Positions 19,779-29,611 of a DNA stretch of 64,000 nucleotides are shown piece after piece (the first letter of the stretch is position 1; the number at the start of each line of letters is the position of its first letter). The stretch spans positions 768,001-832,000 of the forward strand of contig OY970323.1 of assembly GCA_963716985.1 (NCBI GenBank), in the 5' to 3' direction. The notes under the pieces were generated by a model. That model ran no database searches. It was not told where the DNA came from and saw nothing but the letters and a program-made list of their open reading frames with translations. The position numbers were made by a program, and so were the translations under genes. This DNA comes from an uncultured bacterium (GTDB lineage: Bacteria > Chlamydiota > Chlamydiia > Chlamydiales > SM23-39).

Positions 19779-20696
19779 ATGAAAAAAAATTATGTTCGCC
19801 TCGCTGGCCTCCTCATTGTTTTAGGGTTTTTTTCATTGATCGCGTGGTATATTTTTGCTCCGAGAAATGTTTGTAATATTCCCATTGAGTTTTTAGACGA
19901 TTATGATGCGGCCTATACAACCATAAAGATAGAAGGTCAAAAATATTTTCTTCTATTTGATACAGGATCGTCTTACCACTCTTCACTTAAAAAAGAGATT
20001 TTGGAAAAACTAAAAAAAACACCGCATGGAACGATTTTTTGGTACGACTTTAAAGGAAACCGATATGAATCGCCCAACTATATCCTCCCCAAGATCTCTA
20101 TTGGGAAAGCCGTTTTTACCAATATGTGGGCGCGTGAGCGTAGTATGGAGTGTGTTCGAAATAGGAGGCATTCAAAAGATCCCAGAGCATATGAAGAATA
20201 TGACAAGAAGATTGACGGCTCTTTGGGACCCGATTTATTTGCAGCAGTACATTTTTCGCTCTTTTTGGATCTGGGCCAAAAAAAAGCCTTCTTGATCAAG
20301 GATATTCACCGCTTTCATGAAGACGGAATTTCTATTAAAAATATGATCAAAGTTCCAATAAAAAACATGTATTCCGGGCTTTGCATCCAAGTGGAGACAG
20401 ATGCGGGAAAAAAATATTTCGTTTTAGATACCGGCGCTACGAGAAATTTTATTAAAGATTCCCTTGCGGAAACGAAGCTTTATAAAGAATCTCATCCGGA
20501 AGAGAAAAATTTCACCTATTCCAAGTTTGTGATTGGCGATAAGGATTTTGGCGGCGAGAAGTTTTATCTTTTAAATATTGGTCCTCACGTAGAAGGCGTT
20601 GATGGAGCTTTGGGAATGAGTTTTTTTAAGAAATATGTCGTTTTATTCGATTTCCCAAACAGCGTTGTCTATATCGGACCGAGTCAAAAAAAATAA
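19779..20696 (+). CDS. Membrane-anchored double retropepsin-like aspartyl protease
   Basis: N-terminal TM; two DTG motifs (LFDTGSS, VLDTGAT), each followed by DGxLG. Confidence 0.85.
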   Translation: MKKNYVRLAGLLIVLGFFSLIAWYIFAPRNVCNIPIEFLDDYDAAYTTIKIEGQKYFLLFDTGSSYHSSLKKEILEKLKKTPHGTIFWYDFKGNRYESPNYILPKISIGKAVFTNMWARERSMECVRNRRHSKDPRAYEEYDKKIDGSLGPDLFAAVHFSLFLDLGQKKAFLIKDIHRFHEDGISIKNMIKVPIKNMYSGLCIQVETDAGKKYFVLDTGATRNFIKDSLAETKLYKESHPEEKNFTYSKFVIGDKDFGGEKFYLLNIGPHVEGVDGALGMSFFKKYVVLFDFPNSVVYIGPSQKK

Positions 20697-20828
20697 AAGA
20701 GGCTGTTTTGAATTTCATTGGGAAACATTGTGGTGGACTGCGGTTGCAGGTAAGTTTTGCAGCGCAAGAAGCTGGCAAAGATTACATTCGACTGCTTGCT
20801 TTGATTCGATTTCCTGATGAAAATTTTT

Positions 20829-21932
20829 TCATGAACTTCGAGCAGTAAGATTTAATCTATAACGAGTATGGCGAAGTTCGCCTGTTTTCACTAGCGCACC
20901 TTTTTCGACAAGATCTGTTAAATCGCGTGTAGCTGTTGCTCTTGTGGTTTTTGTGATTGCGATATAATTTTCGGCACTCAGCCCCCCCTGAAAGCCATTT
21001 GGACCTTCGGCAAACATTCTTAGCAGAACCTTTGTTTGACGTGGATTGATTTGTCCGGAAAGAGCATGCAGCATCTTTGATTTTTCGATTAAGAAATAAA
21101 GCAGGCTCATCGATTCTTCATGTGCTTGTAAAACTGCATGGGCAAAAAATTCTACCCAATGTTGCACTTCCAAAGTTCGGTTACACTTTTCAAGGGCAGA
21201 GTAGTACTCTTTTTTCTGCTTTTCTAACATCTTGGAGATGGCAATCAAAATGGGTTGCCCCACGCCTTGAGAAAGAATCTTTTCTGCCAGAACACGGCCC
21301 ATTCTTCCATTGCCATCTTCGAAGGGGTGAATGCTTTCGAAATACATATGGGCAATGGCTGCCTGTGCCAGAATTGATCCGGAGGGGCTTGCAGAATGAA
21401 ACCAATCAATAAATGCTTCCATTTCAGAGAAGACTCTTTTTGAAGGGGGAGCTTCAAAGAAAACTCTCGAAGAATCATAACGATTGGAAACGATTTGCAT
21501 CGTCTCTGCATGAGTGCGATACTTTCCGCAATCGGTAATGCTGGATGAATCTTTAAATAGCATTGAATGCCACTGCCAGAGCATTTCATGCGTCAGCGGC
21601 TTATCAAATGTTTCATACACATTGCAAAGAAGTTGCGCCATCCGAGATTCTTTATCATTTTCTTGCCTTAGGGTAGTAGGGAATCCGAGGTGCTGCTTGA
21701 TGGAGGATTGCAAACTTTCTCGATTCAGGACTTCTCCTTCAATTCGGGAGCTTTCAAGACCTTCCGAACAAAGAATTTCAACGATAAAATGATTGTATTC
21801 TTGCTTCTCTATCGTTTTTAGATATGCAAATGCGCTGCCCACCCCCAAAAGAAATTGTCTTTCCAGTGCGGATATTTGATCAGGATCAAAATGAAATTTT
21901 GGCCAATCGGGCAGCTCCCAGTTCCAAGGCAT
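20829..21932 (-). CDS. Fic-family protein (DUF4172 + Fic + C-terminal HTH)
   Basis: WNWELPDWP, HPFEDGNGRMGR, TATRDLTDLVEKG. Confidence 0.92.
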   Translation of the reverse strand: MPWNWELPDWPKFHFDPDQISALERQFLLGVGSAFAYLKTIEKQEYNHFIVEILCSEGLESSRIEGEVLNRESLQSSIKQHLGFPTTLRQENDKESRMAQLLCNVYETFDKPLTHEMLWQWHSMLFKDSSSITDCGKYRTHAETMQIVSNRYDSSRVFFEAPPSKRVFSEMEAFIDWFHSASPSGSILAQAAIAHMYFESIHPFEDGNGRMGRVLAEKILSQGVGQPILIAISKMLEKQKKEYYSALEKCNRTLEVQHWVEFFAHAVLQAHEESMSLLYFLIEKSKMLHALSGQINPRQTKVLLRMFAEGPNGFQGGLSAENYIAITKTTRATATRDLTDLVEKGALVKTGELRHTRYRLNLTARSS

Positions 21933-21950
21933 GAGTGATAGACCTCTCTT

Positions 21951-21985
21951 CTATAACTCATTTTGTACATAAAAATGAGTTATAG
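21951..21985. promoter_or_regulatory. Inverted repeat upstream of fic (possible operator)
   Basis: CTATAACTCATTTT-7bp-AAAATGAGTTATAG, perfect 14-bp arms. Confidence 0.5.
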
Positions 21986-22127
21986 GGCAAGATTTTATGA
22001 ATCATCGGCTGTGTGTTGATCATAAGCCTTTTATATTCTGTTTGATGCAAAATTATAAATGAAGCTTTTCTGCAGAAAAAAGGGATTATTCGGGAATATG
22101 AAGCGAGCAGGAGATGAATCTAAATTG

Positions 22128-22592
22128 CTAAGATCGAATCTTTTTAACAAATTCTTCTAATTTGCTCATATAGGTCCCGCTGTCAATTGTTTTGGCTTGA
22201 AAATCGACCTTGGCGACCACTTGCCCAATTAACAATTCCATTTGCGATAAAGCTTTCTCGCAACCGGGCGCTCCTTGAGTGCAAAAAATAGCGACTTTTT
22301 TGAAGTTTTTTTGATTTTCTTCAATATAGGTTCTCATGGCGGGAGTCATCGTGTTTGCCCAGACAGGAGTGCCCAAAATGACGAGATCATATTTTTGAGG
22401 ATCTTTGTGAAATTCGATCGTGGTTTTGTTTTTTCTATACGCATCTTTCCCGGAGACAAGCCAATTCCAGAAACCCTTTCGATTTTTCTTGTCGATGATT
22501 TCTTCTGTATCGGCGCGGAGGTGCTCAGCAAGAGCGTTTCCTACTGTTTTTGTATGGGATGTTCTGGAATACCAAACGACCAAATATGACAT
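22128..22592 (-). CDS. Flavodoxin-like protein
   Basis: VVWYSRTSHTK, YDLVILGTPVW, AIFCTQG; start refined to ATG 22592. Confidence 0.85.
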   Translation of the reverse strand: MSYLVVWYSRTSHTKTVGNALAEHLRADTEEIIDKKNRKGFWNWLVSGKDAYRKNKTTIEFHKDPQKYDLVILGTPVWANTMTPAMRTYIEENQKNFKKVAIFCTQGAPGCEKALSQMELLIGQVVAKVDFQAKTIDSGTYMSKLEEFVKKIRS

Positions 22593-22689
22593 AAAGCTTT
22601 CCGCAAGATTTGTTTTGCTTCTAAATAAGTTCACATGTGGGTCTCCTGTCCATGGTTACACAAACTTTCTTTAAACTTGCTCATCACTC

Positions 22690-22830
22690 TATACTGCGCA
22701 CTCTTCTAAAACGGGATGATCGTCGGTCTTACGACAAACGATCTCACCAATGATGTTATCGGTGATGATGCAGACCAAGCTTATAATCGGGCGTTTAGCA
22801 CCAATGCATTTCCGGCCTTTAAAGTCGTTG
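22690..22830 (-). ncRNA. Candidate bridge/seek RNA of the IS110 element
   Basis: Non-coding, hairpin GATCGT...ACGATC with inner GTCG/CGAC, CACCAATG repeated at 22745 and 22799; lies directly 3' of the transposase. Confidence 0.5.
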
Positions 22831-22873
22831 AAAGTTTGCTTGATTACCTGTAAGTTTTAGTTGATTTTTGTTT

Positions 22874-24283
22874 TTAGCAAGCTACTAGCCCATATCCTAG
22901 TTCTCGTGCTCGTTTCTGCAATGACAATAGCTGTCTTTCTTTATATGCCTGTTCGTATGCAGCTTGTCCAACTTCTGTAAAATTTTTGCGCTCTTTCAGC
23001 ATCGTATACAGAATTTTTGCAAGTTTATGTGCTGTCGCTGTGATCGCTTTTGGAGCACCGAGTCTTGATCGCATCCTACGAAAATAGGCGCCGAGGGCTG
23101 TTTTGGAGCGGTAAAGGGCATTGGCTGCTAAGCGTAATGCTTGTGCTGCCCTGTTGGCAGTTGGCTTGGTCTTGCCGCTCAAAATCTTGCCACCGGAAAT
23201 TTTGTTGCCGGGACAAAGCCCAAGCCAAGAAGCAAAATGTTTCGCACTCGGCCATTTGGACATATCCATGCCAATCTCTCCTAGAATTTTTATAATCCCA
23301 TTCACGTCCAGTCCGGGAATGTCAGTCAAGTTGACGTGAAGAATTCTTTCGAGAGAACCTTCTGCTTCAAAGTGATATGGACTGAGGTTGTATTTCGTCT
23401 TTTTCTGTGTTCCTCGCCCATTTTTACTTGAATGTTCTGCAGGAGTCGATCTTGGAGCCGGCATATTTTTTTTCGGTTGCGCTTCTTCCCATTTCTTCAG
23501 TACTTGCTCTATAGCCTCTTCGCACTCCAAAGCCTGTTGATGGAAAAAATCATAGGCTGCAAGAGCGTGTTTCAGCGCCAGTAGATGTTCCTCCCGATAG
23601 TTGCCATCGAGAGCTTTTGCAATTTCTTTTTCATCTTTTTTGCATCGACGATCTCGATATTTTGCTAAGACTAAGGGAGATCGTTCTCCAGAGACAATCG
23701 CTCGTATAATATTCATGCCTGTAGCGCCCGTAATGTCACTCACTACGTGATTGAGTTGGAGATTCATTTGCACGAGGGCTTTGTGCATCAATTGTACCTG
23801 CTGAGAGGCCAATTCAAACAAGCGACTTCTCTGTCTCACATATCCGCGAAGTATGACTCCTTCATCATCGGGGCGAAATGATCCTCTAAGTAATCCGTAG
23901 GCGTGTAACTGTTGGATCCATTGGCAATCTTTTACATCGGTTTTTCTACCCGGGACTGTTTTGAGGTAATATGCATTTACCAGCATGACATCTATCCCTG
24001 CCTGGGCCAAGATATCGTAAACCGGAATCCAGTATACTCCGGTAGATTCCATTGCTACGCTCCGGATCTCATTCTGTTGGATCCAGGCAAGCATGTTCTT
24101 GAGATCCTCTGTGAAGGTTAAATACTCGCGTATTTCTTGGTGCCCATCGGGAAAACCGATACAAATGAATACAGAGCTGGCTCCAATGTCTATACCGGCA
24201 ACACACGGATTTATGGGAGCCAATCTAAAATTAGATGCAGATGCAGGTTGAGTTTTTGGATATTTTTTGGTATTTTTTTTCAT
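22874..24283 (-). CDS. IS110-family DEDD transposase/recombinase
   Basis: GIDIG, MESTGVYW, GRKTDVKDCQW, WLGLCPGNKISGG, AITATAHKLA; ATG at 24283 with AGAGG RBS. Confidence 0.95.
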   Translation of the reverse strand: MKKNTKKYPKTQPASASNFRLAPINPCVAGIDIGASSVFICIGFPDGHQEIREYLTFTEDLKNMLAWIQQNEIRSVAMESTGVYWIPVYDILAQAGIDVMLVNAYYLKTVPGRKTDVKDCQWIQQLHAYGLLRGSFRPDDEGVILRGYVRQRSRLFELASQQVQLMHKALVQMNLQLNHVVSDITGATGMNIIRAIVSGERSPLVLAKYRDRRCKKDEKEIAKALDGNYREEHLLALKHALAAYDFFHQQALECEEAIEQVLKKWEEAQPKKNMPAPRSTPAEHSSKNGRGTQKKTKYNLSPYHFEAEGSLERILHVNLTDIPGLDVNGIIKILGEIGMDMSKWPSAKHFASWLGLCPGNKISGGKILSGKTKPTANRAAQALRLAANALYRSKTALGAYFRRMRSRLGAPKAITATAHKLAKILYTMLKERKNFTEVGQAAYEQAYKERQLLSLQKRARELGYGLVAC

Positions 24284-24444
24284 GACAAACCTCTTTAGTT
24301 GATGTTGTTTCAAATAATCGCGTCGATCATTCTACAGAGGTTTGTCATTTTTTGGGGGTTTTACCGTATTCTTGTGACCTCACTTATTTTTAGATGTTGC
24401 CAGAGACACAGTCCCGGTGAGGAGCTTATAAGGATAACACAACC

Positions 24445-24792
24445 CTATTCTTTTTCGATGCCAATAAATATATCGAAAACAATTTTTTGTTCATCCGCTG
24501 CTCTTTCATCGTAGATTTCGTAATCGGTATCATAACAACGCTTTCCACCCAATTCTTTCGGGGACATTTTCCAAATTTCATTCCATGCCTTTACGAGAAC
24601 GTCCGGCATTGGAGCCGGACCGGGGTGAATTTTGCGTAGCTTTGTTTAGGGATCGTTAGTTTCACAAATCCTTTGGGCAAAGCTTCATCAAATGATCCAA
24701 CCTTTCATTGTATCAAGCTCTTGTTGATAGCTGGTGTGTACACAAATTCCAACCAATTGAATTTCAGGCTTCTCTATTATGGCTTGCCGCAT
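24445..24792 (-). pseudogene. GyrI-like small-molecule-binding protein, disrupted
   Basis: MRQAIIEKPEIQLVGI... stops early; downstream frames give LPKGFVKLTIPKQSYAKF and PMPDVLVKAWNEIW...DYEIYDERA...DIFIGI, implying internal deletion and frameshift. Confidence 0.75.
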
Positions 24793-24943
24793 GGTTTGAT
24801 TCCTTTTAGTTGGACAACTCTTTGACGAGTAGACCAAGTGCAGAATTTCAGGTTTGATGAACTTCCTTGCAAGGTCTAGTTGTCGATGCGATTCTTTAAT
24901 AGAAACCAGATTCTTGGAAATATAAAAACCCTGTTCAATTTCT

Positions 24944-25651
24944 TTAAAAAAAGCGATCGTAGACATACCTGGGCATCCACTTCAAGATCCATGCGATGAG
25001 TCTCCATCTTGGGGTAATGTATGCATGAACCTTTTTCCTTCGAATCGCTTGGAAGATCATCTCTGCTGCTTGTTTGACGGGAGTTACCCAAAATAAACCT
25101 TCGCCCTTCGCCATTGCTGTATCAACAAAACCGGGTTGGATATCAGTTACGAACACCTGCTTGTTTTGCTTAAAAACCTGATGCCGAAGACCCTCCAAGT
25201 AGTTCGAAACAAAGGCTTTGGAAGCACTATAACTTCCCCCTCCTCGAAGAGCTGCAATCGAGGAAATGCCCACTAAATGGCCTTTTCCTTGTTTCAAAAA
25301 ATGCTGCATAAAAACATTGGCTATTGAGCAAAAACCCAGAACGTTCACTTCGATTGTCTGCCTTTCTTTCTCCCAATCGAGTTCTGGATTCAAAAACCCC
25401 ACGCCTGAGCTCAAAATAGCAAGATTCACGCCTCCTATTTCTTGAATGAGGGCTTTCACCTGATCCATTGCTTCTTCTGTATGAGAAATATCCACTTGTT
25501 TGATGGTTATTTGCGACGGAAATTCCTTTTGTAGGGAAAGAAGAAGCTCTTTGCGGCGGGCGATCACACCTATTTCATAGCCCTCTTTAGCGAGAATTTC
25601 TGCAAGTTCTCGTCCCATTCCCGAAGAAGCGCCAATGATGATTGCTTTCAT
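24944..25651 (-). CDS. Short-chain dehydrogenase/reductase
   Basis: IIGASSGMG, YSASK, QPGFVDT. Confidence 0.92.
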   Translation of the reverse strand: MKAIIIGASSGMGRELAEILAKEGYEIGVIARRKELLLSLQKEFPSQITIKQVDISHTEEAMDQVKALIQEIGGVNLAILSSGVGFLNPELDWEKERQTIEVNVLGFCSIANVFMQHFLKQGKGHLVGISSIAALRGGGSYSASKAFVSNYLEGLRHQVFKQNKQVFVTDIQPGFVDTAMAKGEGLFWVTPVKQAAEMIFQAIRRKKVHAYITPRWRLIAWILKWMPRYVYDRFF

Positions 25652-25839
25652 CCTATTTGACAGCGCGAAAAACCCATTCTTTCAAGGACTGGGAAAGCGC
25701 TGCTCCACTGTTTATCAGTTTATCAAACATACCAGATCACTGCTCGAGTTTTATTTTCAGATTTATTTTTAAAGCGATGATTTCTACGTTGAATGGATGT
25801 AGCATTGCCTTGATAAGGAATCAGAGTGGGAAATGAAGC

Positions 25840-27987
25840 ATGAGAATATCGGTGCGAACATGGATCCTATCCTTTTTGCTGATTGAATCCATTCATGCAG
25901 AAAATGTGAATTTCGCGATTGTCGGCGGCGGCAGTGGCAGCGGGGTTGGCTATGCAGGCGTTTTGGGGCCTCATAGCACGACATCTCCCCAGGCAATCCT
26001 TCTTCCGCCAAATACTCCCTCGGTCCGAACGGTTGCGATCAATCATGCCGGCATTTGCCTCATCGGCTGCGGCAATGCGAGCGGAAACAGCTATGCCGCC
26101 AGGATCTTGCCCAGTAGCGTAATTCCCCAAACACTGAATCTACCTGTGAATAATCTAGCCCGGGGTGTGGCGATCAACAATTTGGGAGTTGGTTTTGTCG
26201 GCTGCGGCGATGTGAGTAATGGGTATGCTGCCCGCATCGGGCCAAATAGCATAGATCCTCAGGTAATCAATCTTCCTCCTGGCACGAATGGCATCCGGAG
26301 AGTTGCGATCAATGATGCCGGCCTTGCCATCATTGGCGGATCCAACCAATTAAGTCCAAATACCGGATATGCTGCTTATGTTTTGTCCGATAGCACAACT
26401 CCACAGCAGATCGGGGGAACGGACAACATCAACTACGTTGCGATCAATCATGCCGGCACAGCTCTCATTGGCGGTGGCGACCCTAACGGTTATGCCGCTT
26501 TTTTTGTGCCGTATAATAGCACACCTCTCCAAACGTTTACACCTTCTGCGGTTATTTATGCTGTTGCAATCAATGACGCCGGCATTGGCATCATCGGTGG
26601 CTACGACGGCTCCAATGGATACGCCGCATTTGTGGTGCCAAATAGCAGGTATCCCCAGGTGATTGCAACCAATATTCCCATTTGGGGCGCCGACATCAAC
26701 CGGGCCGGTGTAGGGATCATTGGCGGCGGTACAACGCGTGGTTATGCTGCACTTGTTGCTCCAGATGGCACTGTAACTTCGCTCGCGCTTCCCGATACCG
26801 TTACTTATCCCATTCTGGACGTTGCGATTAATGACCAAGGTGTCAGCATCATCGGCGGCGAGGACTTGAATGGCAACAGCTATTGTGCGCTTGTTGCGCC
26901 CAACGGGACTCTTACGCCATTGACTCTCCCACCTGGAAGCGGCGTCAATTTTGTTGCGATCAATGATTCATTTATTTCATCTGTCGGACCTTACTCGAGC
27001 GCGGTGAATACACAATTGGCTGCTATCTATGCTCTGGAAACGCGGCTCATGATGCAAAAATTGGAGATGCCCAACGTGTCCGGCGAGATCGGCTATCTTC
27101 TGGCCGACGCAAATGATGACATGAGCGCCATCTATCGAGAAAAGCCGCAGCGCAAAAAATCCATTTGGACCACTTCTTTTGGCGATCATGTGCATTTCAA
27201 AGAAAGGGGAAAAATCCCTTCTTTTTCAAATGAAATCGGGGGGATATTAGCGGCTCTCGATTACCATGAGCCCGATCTATTGCTCGGCGGCGCCTTGGGG
27301 TATGCGTTTAATTATATTCATTATGGAGAAGGCCAGGGCCACGGTCATCTGCAAGAAGAAACAGCTTGCTTTTATAGCGCGTTTAAAAAAAGCGTTGCCA
27401 GGATCCAGGCTGTATTATGGGGAGGGTATTATCAGGTATATAACGAACGCCATGTGCTTTCGGTGATTACCTCAACAGCGCATTTTTCCGGATGGATTTT
27501 AGCGCCTCAGGTCGAAATCGCGCTGCCGTTTGCCCTTACGCACAATCGCCTGGGTTGGATCGAGCCTTTTGTCATGATGAATTGGGTCAATGGCTGGCAG
27601 GATCATTTTACGGAAAAAGGCGCTTCTGGCTTTAACCTTGTCATGAAAAGCCTCTACTCTTCTCTTTTGCAAAGTGAACTTGGACTGCGTTTTTATGAAC
27701 ATTTTGATTACAGCTGGGGCAGATTTTCTCTCGTTGAGAAGCTGAGCTATGTCAACCAAGTGCCTTTTCATATTCGAAGAGCCAATACTTACTTTCTGAT
27801 CCCAACTTCTCCATTTCCAATCGAAACCGGCAATTCGCGGATACAAAATCTTGGCGGAATCCAGCTATGCGGCCAATTCTCGCCAAATAATTCATCTTAT
27901 CCTTCAGGAAGCCTGTCATTCCAGGGATTGCTCGGCTCTTCTTATCAATCCTATTTTGTGAATTTGGAGGTCAGGAAAAACTTTTGA
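25840..27987 (+). CDS. Autotransporter with repeat (probable beta-propeller) passenger
   Basis: Signal peptide; about 8 repeats of VAINxAG...IGG...GYAA; C-terminal beta-barrel ending in F. Confidence 0.8.
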   Translation: MRISVRTWILSFLLIESIHAENVNFAIVGGGSGSGVGYAGVLGPHSTTSPQAILLPPNTPSVRTVAINHAGICLIGCGNASGNSYAARILPSSVIPQTLNLPVNNLARGVAINNLGVGFVGCGDVSNGYAARIGPNSIDPQVINLPPGTNGIRRVAINDAGLAIIGGSNQLSPNTGYAAYVLSDSTTPQQIGGTDNINYVAINHAGTALIGGGDPNGYAAFFVPYNSTPLQTFTPSAVIYAVAINDAGIGIIGGYDGSNGYAAFVVPNSRYPQVIATNIPIWGADINRAGVGIIGGGTTRGYAALVAPDGTVTSLALPDTVTYPILDVAINDQGVSIIGGEDLNGNSYCALVAPNGTLTPLTLPPGSGVNFVAINDSFISSVGPYSSAVNTQLAAIYALETRLMMQKLEMPNVSGEIGYLLADANDDMSAIYREKPQRKKSIWTTSFGDHVHFKERGKIPSFSNEIGGILAALDYHEPDLLLGGALGYAFNYIHYGEGQGHGHLQEETACFYSAFKKSVARIQAVLWGGYYQVYNERHVLSVITSTAHFSGWILAPQVEIALPFALTHNRLGWIEPFVMMNWVNGWQDHFTEKGASGFNLVMKSLYSSLLQSELGLRFYEHFDYSWGRFSLVEKLSYVNQVPFHIRRANTYFLIPTSPFPIETGNSRIQNLGGIQLCGQFSPNNSSYPSGSLSFQGLLGSSYQSYFVNLEVRKNF

Positions 27988-28020
27988 GGGCAATCAACTA
28001 AGGAATTGTGACAAAACAAG

Positions 28021-28671
28021 TTAAAAACTTTTAGCTGTGTCCTGTGTGAGTGCAGCGATAAGAAATTTCATTGCATATTCCCAGTTAGCCGAAAGTGCCC
28101 TTTTCGCAGCATCTTCATTTCCGTCCCGGAGTGAAGTAATAATGTTCTGATGATGTTTGTATGAGTGTTCAAGCTGTTCGCTTTTTGCCATATAGCAATG
28201 CTCGTAGCAGCTAATCCGCAGGCGCAGTTCAGCGATCATTCGTAGAAGGGTTTTGTTTCTGCATAGTTCTGTAAGTCGACGATGAAATTCACGATCAGCG
28301 AGCGACGCTTCATGCGGAGATTTACGCTTGCGATATAGGGTTTCGTTGATCATCTCTAATTCTTTTATTTGAGTTTGTATAAGCGGAAATGCCAGGAGCA
28401 TCGCGTGGGTTTCAAGAAGAATAAGAAGGGGATAAAGATCTTCGATTTCTTTTACGCTCAGTTCCTTGATCGTATATCCGACGTTTGGCTCGGATTTCAC
28501 AAGTCCTGATGTCTCTAGCGAAATGAGCGCTTCGCGCAACGGAGTGCGGCTGACCTTAAGAATGTGCGTGAGTGAAATTTCCTTTACGCGCTCTCCGGGC
28601 TTCAGCTTTCCAGAGAGTATGAGTTCAATCATCTTTTCGCGAACAGAGTCTCTTAAAACTTCATAGTCCAT
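28021..28671 (-). CDS. GntR-family (FCD) transcriptional regulator
   Basis: ILSGKLKPGERV, VSRTPLREAL, DREFH; ATG 28671 overlaps the upstream stop codon region by 11 nt. Confidence 0.9.
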   Translation of the reverse strand: MDYEVLRDSVREKMIELILSGKLKPGERVKEISLTHILKVSRTPLREALISLETSGLVKSEPNVGYTIKELSVKEIEDLYPLLILLETHAMLLAFPLIQTQIKELEMINETLYRKRKSPHEASLADREFHRRLTELCRNKTLLRMIAELRLRISCYEHCYMAKSEQLEHSYKHHQNIITSLRDGNEDAAKRALSANWEYAMKFLIAALTQDTAKSF

Positions 28672-29599
28672 ATCGTCCTGGCAGTATTGTTTGCTTCCAA
28701 TCGTTTGCTCGTAATTGCTTGTGGGATACGCAGGGCACACTCAACAAAGCTGCGGCTTGTCGTGCATATTCTTTATATGCCGACTTTAGTCCAGTGTGAA
28801 AGACAATAAGCTCTGGCGCATGCAAACAGCTTTTTGCTGCGGCAACTAATTTTGCTTCTGCTCCAGGTAGATTGTACTCACCGCAAGCGAGCCATTGATT
28901 GGGAAGATGGTGTTCGATCACAGCGCCACTTTGAAAAATAATTTCAGTTGCGCTGGGCTCAAAATGGATTCCGCCAAGATAAATTGCTCGGGGTCTATTA
29001 AGCTTGCAAAACTCTGCAATTCTTCCGAGAGCTCTTACCAATACGCCTTGGGCGCTAGCATTCGTCCAATCATCGGGAGAAGATCCTATTTCAAAATCGA
29101 ATACCGGTGCTTTCACCTGCAAAAGTTCTGCTGCTGGGCGCTCATACACAAGACCCGACCAATGGCTTGCCTCAAAAAGAGTTCGAAAATCTGTAAGATT
29201 AGCGGAAGCTCGCTCATCTTCTATTGCCATAAGGGTTGCAGCGAGTAGCTCTCCACAAGTTGCACCGAATATTCCAGATGGGACATCGGCAGTGCTGTGT
29301 GCACAGAATATTTTTGTCGGAGAGTTTGTACCCGCATGCCAATTGACAAGTCCGATCATATCGACGTCGGGAAATTGCGCGTTTAATTCACCGGCAATCT
29401 CTGGATATAACGCACTCGCTACGTGGCGTGTTTCTGCAAAAAAGAGTTGGTGGCCGTTGACTTGTGTGCGAAAGACATTTTTTCCTCCGACAATAATCGG
29501 CGTTGCGAAAGCTGCATAATGATCTTTTACTTGGTGAAGTAGAGCGGGGGCCACTGGATCAATGGTTGGATTGGAACAAAAAAGAAAAAGAAATTTCAT
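28661..29599 (-). CDS. D-aminoacyl-tRNA deacylase, DTD2 (archaeal DtdA/plant GEK1)-like
   Basis: NWHAG..P..FCAH, FEASHW, FEIGSS..DW, LGGIHF align to the DTD2 pattern SxH..P..TxH, ExTHH, EIGS...W, GGxHY. Confidence 0.7.
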   Translation of the reverse strand: MKFLFLFCSNPTIDPVAPALLHQVKDHYAAFATPIIVGGKNVFRTQVNGHQLFFAETRHVASALYPEIAGELNAQFPDVDMIGLVNWHAGTNSPTKIFCAHSTADVPSGIFGATCGELLAATLMAIEDERASANLTDFRTLFEASHWSGLVYERPAAELLQVKAPVFDFEIGSSPDDWTNASAQGVLVRALGRIAEFCKLNRPRAIYLGGIHFEPSATEIIFQSGAVIEHHLPNQWLACGEYNLPGAEAKLVAAAKSCLHAPELIVFHTGLKSAYKEYARQAAALLSVPCVSHKQLRANDWKQTILPGRYGL

Positions 29600-29611
29600 G
29601 AATTCCTCTCG

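Larger units (their letters stand above)
22618..24400 (-). mobile_element. IS110-family element (ends approximate)
   Basis: IS110 transposase plus a ~250-bp structured downstream non-coding region; exact ends not resolved. Confidence 0.7.

Noticed and set aside
20697..20828. GAGGCTGTTTTGAA as an IS or MITE end
   Set aside because: No matching inverted partner or transposase was found nearby.
22621..24393. Sub-terminal inverted repeats of the IS110 (AAATAAGT..TCACA versus TGTGA..ACTTATTT)
   Set aside because: The match is gapped and short; not sufficient to fix the element ends.
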